This document shows, piece by piece, positions 56,284 through 64,000 of a stretch of DNA of 64,000 bases; position 1 is the first letter of the stretch; each line of letters starts with the position of its first letter. A program made the translations under genes and the position numbers. The DNA lies in assembly GCA_963836075.1 (NCBI GenBank), contig CAWIIB010000001.1:416001-480000 (forward strand), written 5' to 3'. Under the pieces are notes generated by a model, which ran no database searches, had not been told where the DNA came from, and saw only the letters and a program-made list of their open reading frames with translations. The DNA is from an uncultured Acidobacteriota bacterium (lineage in GTDB: Bacteria; Acidobacteriota; JAQAZP01).

Positions 56284-58839
56284 TCACCACCAGATGACGA
56301 GACCCAGCTCAAAGGGGTTGTTCAGCCCGATGCGGTACGGCAGCACCCGGATGGAGAAGCCATTCTGCCCGCTCTGGCGGCAGGGCACCGTGCCGCTGAA
56401 GCTGGAGACCCCGCTCCCCTGGTCGACGCTCTCGAAGGTCAGTGGCGACGGCTCGCCATCGGCAATGTTCCCCGTGGCGTCCAGCTTGCCGTGGAGCATC
56501 TCCACCTGCACATCCTCCGGACTGACCCGGCCCAGACGGAGGCGCAGGCGCACCGGGATATCCTGCCCCACGCTGAACTCCCGCGAGGTGTCGGTCTCCA
56601 CCCCGTCCACCACCACGTCCTTCCAGAGGTCGACGATGTTGCGGCGCCAGAGGGTCAGCTGCTTGACTTCGGCCATGTTGTTGGCAGTGAGCCAGTTCCA
56701 CTGCAGCAGCGAAGGCTGGTAGAAGCGTTCGGTGTAATGCTCGATCATCCGGTTGGTGTTGAACTCGGGTCCCACGGTCATCATCGAGGCCTTCATGGTC
56801 TTGATCCACTCCCGGGGCAAACCGTCACTCCCCCGGTCGTAGAACAGCGGCACCACTTCGCGCTCCAGCAGGTCGTAGAGCGCCTGGCTCTCCACCTCGT
56901 CCTGGTAGTGGTGGTCTTCGTATTCCTCGCCGCTGCCGATGGCCCAGCCGTTGCTGCCGTTGAACCCCTCGCACCACCAGCCGTCGAGGACGCTGAGGTT
57001 GATCCCGCCGTTGGGCGGCACCTTCATCCCGCTGGTGCCGCTGGCCTCCAGCGGCCGGCGGGGGTTGTTCAGCCAGACGTCCACCCCCTGGACCAGGTAG
57101 CGGGCCACCATGATGTCGTAGTCCTCGATAAAGACAATGCGGCGCCGGAAATCCTCCCGCTGGAGCATGTGGATCACCTGGCGGATAAACTCCTTGCCCT
57201 CGTTGTCCCGCGGGTGGGCCTTGCCGGCAAAGATGAACTGCACCGGCCGGTCCGGGTCGCCCAGCAGACGGGCCAGGCGCTCGCGGTCCCGCAGCAGCAG
57301 GGTGGCCCGCTTGTACGAGGCGAAGCGCCGGGCAAAACCGATGGTCAGGGCTTCGGGGTCCAGGGTCTCTTCGGCCTCCAGCACCCAGGTGCGGTGCACG
57401 CCCCGCCGTTCCAGCTGGTTGCGCAGCCGGCGGCGGGCAAAGCCCACCAGCCGCTCGCGCAGCCGTTCGTGGCTGCGCCACAGCTCGGAGTCGGGGATGT
57501 TGGCCACCCGGTTCCAGACCTCGTTGTTCTCCGGTTCGATGTGCCACTGCGGTCCGAGATAGCGGTCGTAGAGCCGCGAGATCTCAGAAGAGAGCCAGCT
57601 GCGGGTGTGAATGCCGTTGGTGATGTGGATGATCGGCACCTCGTCGAGGTGGATCTCGGGCCAGATGCCGTGCCACATCTTGCGCGACACCTGGCCGTGC
57701 AGTTCGCTGACCCCGTTGGCGTGGGCCGAAAGCCGCAGGGCGAGCACCGGCATGCTGAACGGTTCCGCGGCATCCCCGGGACGCTGCCGTCCCAGATTGA
57801 GCAGTTCGTCGGTGGTGATCCCCGCCTCCTTGCTGAACCAGGAGAAATAGCGGGTGATCATGTCGGTGGGGAATACATCGTTGCCGGCTGGCACCGGGGT
57901 GTGGGTGGTGAAAATGTTCGACGCCGCCACCAGGATCCGCGCCTCGTCAAAGGGCAGCCCGTCGTTCTGCATCAGCATCCGGATCCGTTCCAGGGCCAGA
58001 AACGCCGAGTGTCCTTCGTTCATGTGACAGACCGTTGGGGCCAGGCCCAGTTCGACCAGCGCCCGGATACCCCCCACCCCCAGCAGCACCTCCTGGCGGA
58101 TCCGGGTTTCCTGGTCGCCGCCGTAGAGCTGGGCCGTGATCTCCCGGCCGGCGGGACTGTTGCGCTCGATGTTGGTGTCGAGCATGACGAGGTGGGTACG
58201 CCCCACATTGATCCGCCAGATCTGGGCCGCCACCGTCCCCTCGGGATAGGGGACTTCGATCTCCACCGGGCTCCCGTCATCCCTCCGGACCAGGGTCAGC
58301 GGCATGTTGTAGAAATCGTTCTCCTCGTAGACCTCCTTCTGCCAGCCGTCGCGGTTGAGGAACTGCCGGAAATAGCCGTGACGGTAGCAGAGTCCCACAC
58401 CGATCAGCGGCAGGCCCAGCTCGCTTGCCGATTTCATGTGGTCGCCGGCCAGGATACCCAGGCCCCCGGAGTAGAGGGGCAACGATTCGTGAAGGCCGAA
58501 CTCCAGGGAAAAGTAGCCGATACGGCCGCGGCTGGTGCCATGGACCCGGTCATACCAGGTCTTGTAATCCATGTAACGGTTCAGCGCCGCGTGGGCCCGG
58601 TCCATGTGCGAGAGAAAGACCTCGTCGGTGGACAGGGCCTGCATGCGCTCCGGGGCGATATTGCCCAGCAGCAGCACCGGGTTGTGGCGGAACTCGTCCC
58701 ACGCCTCGGTGTCCACCCGGCGGAACAGCTCGATGGCTTCCGGGTTCCAGCTCCACCAGAGGTTGTAGGCGATCTCCAGCAGCGGCTGAAGCCGCTCGGG
58801 AAGGCTGGGCACCACGGTGTACTTGAATATTTTCCTCAT
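56284..58839 (-). CDS. glgP: Alpha-glucan (glycogen/maltodextrin) phosphorylase
   Basis: NLWWSW, YSGGLGILAGD, HMNEGH, FARRFASYKR, GKAHP and EASGTSGMK (PLP Lys) motifs. Confidence 0.97.
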   Translation of the reverse strand: MRKIFKYTVVPSLPERLQPLLEIAYNLWWSWNPEAIELFRRVDTEAWDEFRHNPVLLLGNIAPERMQALSTDEVFLSHMDRAHAALNRYMDYKTWYDRVHGTSRGRIGYFSLEFGLHESLPLYSGGLGILAGDHMKSASELGLPLIGVGLCYRHGYFRQFLNRDGWQKEVYEENDFYNMPLTLVRRDDGSPVEIEVPYPEGTVAAQIWRINVGRTHLVMLDTNIERNSPAGREITAQLYGGDQETRIRQEVLLGVGGIRALVELGLAPTVCHMNEGHSAFLALERIRMLMQNDGLPFDEARILVAASNIFTTHTPVPAGNDVFPTDMITRYFSWFSKEAGITTDELLNLGRQRPGDAAEPFSMPVLALRLSAHANGVSELHGQVSRKMWHGIWPEIHLDEVPIIHITNGIHTRSWLSSEISRLYDRYLGPQWHIEPENNEVWNRVANIPDSELWRSHERLRERLVGFARRRLRNQLERRGVHRTWVLEAEETLDPEALTIGFARRFASYKRATLLLRDRERLARLLGDPDRPVQFIFAGKAHPRDNEGKEFIRQVIHMLQREDFRRRIVFIEDYDIMVARYLVQGVDVWLNNPRRPLEASGTSGMKVPPNGGINLSVLDGWWCEGFNGSNGWAIGSGEEYEDHHYQDEVESQALYDLLEREVVPLFYDRGSDGLPREWIKTMKASMMTVGPEFNTNRMIEHYTERFYQPSLLQWNWLTANNMAEVKQLTLWRRNIVDLWKDVVVDGVETDTSREFSVGQDIPVRLRLRLGRVSPEDVQVEMLHGKLDATGNIADGEPSPLTFESVDQGSGVSSFSGTVPCRQSGQNGFSIRVLPYRIGLNNPFELGLVIWW

Positions 58840-58886
58840 CGACTCTGCTACCCCACTGAAGTCGCCCGGTCACTCCGGGCGACGGA

Positions 58887-59942
58887 TCATGGCTCCGCTG
58901 GAACGCTGAGCGCTTCTTCTTCGCCGCCGAGGACCCGGAGGACCCCCTCGGCCAGCGCGGTCATCTCAAAACTGCCGGGAAAGACGTGCACCGGCGCCAG
59001 CCAGCCCACCCGCCGCTCCACCCCGCTGGTCAGGCGCCGCCAGCGGGCCAGCCCGCCGGTGAGACCGATGGCCTCCGGCCGGCCGCCGAGGGACACGGTC
59101 TGGGCGGCGATTTCACGGGCCACGCGGTATTCAAAGGCCCGGTAGAGCAGTTCGGCCTGCTGGTCGCCGCCGGTAATGCGGTCTTCGATCTCCAGCGCGT
59201 CGGTGGTGCCGAACAGGGAGACGAACCCGCCCTGCCGCGTCACCTGCCGGTAGAACTGGTCATCCGGCATATCCCGCAGGTGGCGCACCGCGTCCACCAC
59301 CATCAGCTGTCCGGCCCGGGTGGGAGCGAAGGGCCCCTCCCCTTCCAGGCCGTTGTTCACTTCCGGCACCCGGCCCCGGCGGTGGGCGGCCACCGATATC
59401 CCGCTGCCCAGGTGGGCCACCACCAGCAGGCACTGGTTGTACGGCTTGCCCAGAACAGCGGCCAGCCGCCGCCCCACCGCCCCGTGGTTCAGGGCGTGGT
59501 AGGCGGTGCGCCGGCGGATCTCACGGAGCCCGGTGACCCGCACCTCCTCGTCCAGGTCATCACAGCAGACCGGGTCCACCACCATGGCCGGGCAGGGCAC
59601 CAGCTGCGCGATGGCCGCGGCGGCCAGGCCGCCGAGATTCGAGGCGTGGCGGCCATAGCGGCTGGTGCGCAGGTTGTCCAGCACCGTCTCGTCCACCAGC
59701 CAGGTGCCGGTGTGCACCGGGCCGATAAAGCCGCCCCGCCCCACCACGGCGCTGAGCTGGGCCAGTTCAACGTCCTGCGAGGCCAGCAGTTCCCGGCTGT
59801 GGCGCACCACCTCCTCCGAGCCGCCGCTGAACGGTTCCTCGGTCTCCACCAGCCGGGTATGCCCGCGGAAGAGGGCCAGTTTCAATGAAACGGCCCCGGG
59901 GTTGATGGCCAGGACCAGGGCCTGCGAGGTGTCAGTGGTCAT
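58887..59942 (-). CDS. buk: Butyrate / branched-chain carboxylate kinase (divergent)
   Basis: INPG, GRGG, HASNLG, VDP, HALN, HLGSGIS, GEGPF and LTGGLA motifs. Confidence 0.88.
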   Translation of the reverse strand: MTTDTSQALVLAINPGAVSLKLALFRGHTRLVETEEPFSGGSEEVVRHSRELLASQDVELAQLSAVVGRGGFIGPVHTGTWLVDETVLDNLRTSRYGRHASNLGGLAAAAIAQLVPCPAMVVDPVCCDDLDEEVRVTGLREIRRRTAYHALNHGAVGRRLAAVLGKPYNQCLLVVAHLGSGISVAAHRRGRVPEVNNGLEGEGPFAPTRAGQLMVVDAVRHLRDMPDDQFYRQVTRQGGFVSLFGTTDALEIEDRITGGDQQAELLYRAFEYRVAREIAAQTVSLGGRPEAIGLTGGLARWRRLTSGVERRVGWLAPVHVFPGSFEMTALAEGVLRVLGGEEEALSVPAEP

Positions 59943-60873
59943 GGCCCCCCCTGCTGAGATAGGAGGCCAGGGCGATGCAGAAGAGCTTGGTCATCGGCGA
60001 GTCGGCCCGCGAGGGCACCACCAGCGGGCAGCGGGCGCCCACCACCACCCCGGCCATCTCGTCGCCGTGGAGCGAGGTCAGCGCCTTGTAAAAGATGTTG
60101 CCGCTTTCGATGTTGGGCAGGACCAGCACATCGGCCTGCCCGGCCACCGGCCCGCCGATGCCCTTGGCCGCGGCCTTGGCCGGCGACACGGCGTTGTCCA
60201 GGGCCAGCGGGCCGTCCACGTAGCAGGGCTGCTTGAGCAGACCGCCGGCAGCGTAACGCTTGATCAGCTCGCCGTGCAGGGTGGCCGGCATGGCCGGCAG
60301 CTGCACATTTTCAACCGCGGCCAGGATGGCCACCCGGGGCTTGGCAATGCCCAGGGCGATGGCCACCTCCACCGCGTTCTCCAGGATCTCGATCTTTCGC
60401 GCCACGTTGGGGTTGACGTTGACCCCGGCATCGGTCATCAGGATCAGACGGTGCTCCTGGGGATGCTCGAAGACGGTGACGTGGCTCAGCAGCCGGTTGG
60501 AGCTGAGGCCCCACTGCTTGTCCAGCACGGTGCGCAGCAGTTTGGAAGTCTGCACCAGACCCTTCATCATGAAGTCGGCCCGGTGGTCGTGGAGCATCTG
60601 CACCGCTTGGGTGATGTGGTTTTCCTGCTCCACGTCCTCGATGGTGCAGGCGGTGAGATCGAGGCCGGCCTCGTCGGCCTGCTGCTCGATGATCTCCCGC
60701 GAGCCGATGAGGATCGGCAGGGCCACCCGGTGCTGCACCGCCATGGCCACCGCCCGCAGAGTCATGGAGTCGTGGGGCGCGGCCACCGCCATGCGCATGG
60801 GCGGCGCGGCCTTCTCGTATTTCAGGATCTCTTCCAGAGAGAAAAAATTCGGTGCGGTTCCGGCGCTGTCCAC
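59932..60873 (-). CDS. ptb: Phosphate butyryltransferase-like phosphate acyltransferase
   Basis: MKGLVQT, LSHV, TDAGVN, DGPLALDNA, PNIESGNIFYK and SRAD motifs; overlaps buk. Confidence 0.9.
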   Translation of the reverse strand: MDSAGTAPNFFSLEEILKYEKAAPPMRMAVAAPHDSMTLRAVAMAVQHRVALPILIGSREIIEQQADEAGLDLTACTIEDVEQENHITQAVQMLHDHRADFMMKGLVQTSKLLRTVLDKQWGLSSNRLLSHVTVFEHPQEHRLILMTDAGVNVNPNVARKIEILENAVEVAIALGIAKPRVAILAAVENVQLPAMPATLHGELIKRYAAGGLLKQPCYVDGPLALDNAVSPAKAAAKGIGGPVAGQADVLVLPNIESGNIFYKALTSLHGDEMAGVVVGARCPLVVPSRADSPMTKLFCIALASYLSRGGHDH

Positions 60874-60927
60874 TGTCTCTTCACCTCCAGCCCGTCGTTG
60901 GTGTTGCCGTTCGCCTGATGTCGTCGC

Positions 60928-61431
60928 TCAATCCTTCATGGATCCGGCGGGCGGGGCTTCGCGGTTGGTGACGGCGATCATTCCGGACCGGGCCAGCTGG
61001 ACGATGCCCAGCGGGCGCAGCGCGCGGATAAGCCCGTCGATGCGCTGGGCGATGGAGACGTGGGCCAGGGTCAGGGTGGTCTTGTTCACCGCGATCACCT
61101 CGGCCCTGAACATCTCCGCCGTCTGCATGATCTTGGGGATGTTTTCCGGGGTGGCCCGCACCTTGAGCAGCAGCAGTTCCCGGGCGGTGAGCTCGTCGGC
61201 GGAGAGGTCCTGGATGGCAGTGACCGCCTCCACCTCTCCGGCCACCTTGGCGATCTCGTCCAGCTGGCTCTCCTCGGCCTCAACCACGATGGTCATCCGG
61301 CTTACTTCGCTCTCTTCCCGCTCGGACACGGCCAGGCTGTAGATGTTGATGCCCTTCTCGAAGAAAGCGCCGGTGAGGTCGGCAAGGGCGCCCGGCTGGT
61401 TCTTCACCAGGCAGGTCACGGTGTGCTTCAT
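60928..61431 (-). CDS. ilvN: Acetolactate synthase small (regulatory, ACT-domain) subunit, orphan
   Basis: LVKNQPG, NIxSLAV, SRMTIV, RELLLLKV and LARSG motifs; RBS GAGGAG before ATG 61431. Confidence 0.85.
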   Translation of the reverse strand: MKHTVTCLVKNQPGALADLTGAFFEKGINIYSLAVSEREESEVSRMTIVVEAEESQLDEIAKVAGEVEAVTAIQDLSADELTARELLLLKVRATPENIPKIMQTAEMFRAEVIAVNKTTLTLAHVSIAQRIDGLIRALRPLGIVQLARSGMIAVTNREAPPAGSMKD

Positions 61432-61595
61432 CGGTCTCCTCGCTGCCGCAGCGGGCACGACATCCTGCCGCGTCTCCGCCGGGTGAAACATTGAACTTCC
61501 GGTTGCCATACCGCGCCATTATACAACAAGGGCCGGGGACCCGGGCAACGGTGGACACGGACTGCAGCGTGAAAAACAGGGTCGGCCCGGGAGGC

Positions 61596-63092
61596 TCATT
61601 GCGGTCCGTTGAACTCTTGCGGTTCGATGAAGAAGTGCTCGGGAAGCTGGTGGGAGAAGGTGGCGGCCAGCGATTCGCAGACCTCGCGGACCTCCACCCC
61701 GTATTTCTCGCCCATGGCGAGGATCATCAGCGAACGGTCCTCCACATACTCGGCCAGGGACGGGGCCTCCGGATCCTCTTCCTCTCCCCCGGCAATCGCC
61801 CCGAGCAGGGCGCGCGCAACATCCTGCTGGCCGCCCTCCTCCGCGGAGAGGAAATAGGCCAGCACCGGCAGCAGCCGCTCCAGCGAGCGGAGCCAGTTGC
61901 GCACCCCGGTTTCGTTGAAGGGGTCCTGCCCCTTGGCTGCGTCGGGAAAACGGAAGTGAAACCGGCCGCCGGCCCAGCGCAGGGTCTCGGTATCGTTGAA
62001 GGCTGAACAGATAATGGACAGGGCGTCGTTCACCGAACCGCTCTCCACCTGGTCCCCGGGCACCACCAGTTCCACCTCCTCGAGACTGGTGTCCAGCAGG
62101 TCCTGGGGAATCTCGTCGGTCACACTGTCCGCCGGTCCATCACCGACGCTGTCCAGGAGCTCACGGTCCTTCCGCTGTTCCAGTTCCTCGGCCAGGTTTC
62201 GTGGCGGTGCTGTCTTTCCGGCCGTTTCGGGCACTGCCGCGCTGCCGGCACGAAATTTCCGGCCATCGGCGGAGAACCAGCGGCCCGAATAACTGGTCAG
62301 GGCCACCCCCTTTTCCCGCCAGCCCAGGGCCGCGGTATCCGCCCGGTGCTGGCCCGGATTCAGCAGAACCAGAGCCTCCCTGTCGGCGGCATGCCGGGTC
62401 AGCCCGGCCAGGTCGTCCACGTTGCGGCGCTTGACCGTGGCCGGATCGATACCCCGCTCGCTGACAAACTGTTCGAGAAACTCGAAACGGGAGAAGATCG
62501 GCAGGTAGAGCTGCCCGCTGAGGGCACCGGCCTTCCCCGGTGCGGCGCCCTCCGAGGCGTCGATCAGTGGCAGCTCACCGCTGGCCACGTCGCTCCAGGT
62601 CATGGGCGTCCAGTCGTCCTGGTACCCGCGGAAGGGAATCTGGCCGATCATGCCGCCGATCAGGCTGTCGAACAGCTTCTGATCCTGAACCGGGGTGATG
62701 CCCTCCATCGCCACCGATACGTCCCAGGTGCCGTCGTCCAGCAACAGCTCGAAATGGCTGAACCCGCCCTCGTGATTCTGCAGCGAACGGAGGAAGGCCG
62801 GGGTGCCGTCCTCCCGCCGGCAGAAGATCACCGGCACCAGGTCGTTGAGCACCGCCCCGGCGAAGCCGATGGAGGCCATGCGGCGCAGGAAACCAACGAT
62901 GTCGGCGGTGTCACCCAGGTCGATATCGTAGCCGTAGAGCCGGGCTTTTTCCGCCGCGGCGGCCACCGCCAGTTCATGGTCGTTGTAGATGAACAGACAG
63001 AGGCCTTCCCGGCGAAACCAGGGGGCGCAGAAGACAACGTGCTCACCCGATTCCAGGTAGTGATAGACCACCGATGTGCGTTCCCCGGACAT
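61596..63092 (-). CDS. Hypothetical protein, possibly with two SseB-like domains
   Basis: Long ORF with RBS; LFIY...GAVLND and LPIFS...VLLNPG patterns; acidic C-terminal region. Confidence 0.7.
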   Translation of the reverse strand: MSGERTSVVYHYLESGEHVVFCAPWFRREGLCLFIYNDHELAVAAAAEKARLYGYDIDLGDTADIVGFLRRMASIGFAGAVLNDLVPVIFCRREDGTPAFLRSLQNHEGGFSHFELLLDDGTWDVSVAMEGITPVQDQKLFDSLIGGMIGQIPFRGYQDDWTPMTWSDVASGELPLIDASEGAAPGKAGALSGQLYLPIFSRFEFLEQFVSERGIDPATVKRRNVDDLAGLTRHAADREALVLLNPGQHRADTAALGWREKGVALTSYSGRWFSADGRKFRAGSAAVPETAGKTAPPRNLAEELEQRKDRELLDSVGDGPADSVTDEIPQDLLDTSLEEVELVVPGDQVESGSVNDALSIICSAFNDTETLRWAGGRFHFRFPDAAKGQDPFNETGVRNWLRSLERLLPVLAYFLSAEEGGQQDVARALLGAIAGGEEEDPEAPSLAEYVEDRSLMILAMGEKYGVEVREVCESLAATFSHQLPEHFFIEPQEFNGPQ

Positions 63093-63119
63093 GAGACTCA
63101 CTCCACTGTGCTGCGACAA

Positions 63120-64000
63120 TCAGCCGGCGGCGGACTCCGCACGGGACTGCTGGACGATGGCCGCGGTGTCCCTGGCGATGGCCAGTTCCTCGTTGGTGGG
63201 AATCACCAGCACGGCAACGCCCCGGGGCGGCTCGGACCTGGAAATGCGTAGTTCCCCGGCCTGGTTGCGGGCCTCGTCCAGCTGCACTCCCATGTATTCC
63301 ATCCGCTCCACCACCCGGCGGCGAACTTCGGGCGAGTTCTCGCCGATTCCGCCGGTGAAGACGATGGCGTCCACCCCGCCGAGAACGGCGGCATAGGCGC
63401 CAACGTATTTTTTCACGCGGCGGCTGAAGATGTCCAGAGCCAGCTGGTGCCGCTGGGAGCCGGCGGCGGCCCGCTCTTCGATCTCCCGCATGTCGTTGCT
63501 GTCCCCGGTAATCCCCAGCAGGCCGCTCTGCTTGTTGAGCAGGGAGTCCACCTCTGCCGGGGAGAGACCCTCGTGTTTCATCAGGTAGGGCAGGATGGCC
63601 GGGTCGAGGTCGCCGCAACGGGTGCCCATCACCAGTCCCTCCAGCGGGGTGAACCCCATGCTGGTGTCCACCGACGTTCCGCGGTCGATGGCGGCGATGC
63701 TGGCGCCGTTACCCAGGTGGCAGGTGATGACCTTCAGGTCTTCCACGCCGCGCCCCAGCAGTTTTGCCGCCTGCCGCATGACGTAGCGGTGGGAGGTGCC
63801 GTGAAAACCGTAGCGCCGGATGCCCAGCTTTTCGTAGAGACTGTAAGGCAGCGCATAGAGATAGGCCGGGCGGGGCATCCGGCTGTGAAAGGCCGTATCA
63901 AAGACGGCCACCTGGGGAATCTCCGGGCTGAGCCTGGTGGCGGCCTCGATACCGGTCAGGTTGGGCGGGTTGTGCAGTGGTGCGAACTGGATGCAGTCGC
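63120..64000 (-). CDS. ackA: Acetate kinase (5' part outside window)
   Basis: APLHNP, AVFDTAFH, RRYGFHGTSH, CHLGNGAS, SMGFTPLEG, FTGGIGEN and PTNEE motifs. Confidence 0.97.
   Translation of the reverse strand, partial: DCIQFAPLHNPPNLTGIEAATRLSPEIPQVAVFDTAFHSRMPRPAYLYALPYSLYEKLGIRRYGFHGTSHRYVMRQAAKLLGRGVEDLKVITCHLGNGASIAAIDRGTSVDTSMGFTPLEGLVMGTRCGDLDPAILPYLMKHEGLSPAEVDSLLNKQSGLLGITGDSNDMREIEERAAAGSQRHQLALDIFSRRVKKYVGAYAAVLGGVDAIVFTGGIGENSPEVRRRVVERMEYMGVQLDEARNQAGELRISRSEPPRGVAVLVIPTNEELAIARDTAAIVQQSRAESAAG

Overview
High-GC (roughly 65%, estimated by eye) bacterial chromosomal segment from what looks like an anaerobic, protein-degrading heterotroph; taxonomy cannot be fixed from the sequence. 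About 45 CDS; I saw no tRNA, rRNA, CRISPR array, transposase or prophage gene. Contents: serC, serA-like, lepA, hemW, a eukaryotic-type citrate synthase, glgP, ackA, ptb/buk, an orphan ilvN; an NrdR-box-controlled class III ribonucleotide reductase with a fused C-terminal redoxin domain; a four-gene HdrC-HdrB-SdhB-SdhA (thiol:fumarate-reductase-like) operon without HdrA or a membrane anchor; a DUF4956-CotH-VTC operon; two B12-radical SAM genes divergent from two GT-C glycosyltransferases with a perfect 31-bp inverted repeat between them; and many secreted multidomain proteins. Best leads: (1) the same ~335-aa FG-GAP-like propeller terminates two unrelated secreted peptidases; (2) a ~150-nt multi-stem candidate RNA begins at a UAG stop (7795-7944); (3) the Hdr/Sdh operon next to the redoxin-fused NrdD; (4) the VTC/CotH/DUF4956 cassette; (5) an unannotated 31-aa Lys/Arg-rich ORF. 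Four +1 frameshifts in lepA/hemW are probably sequence errors.
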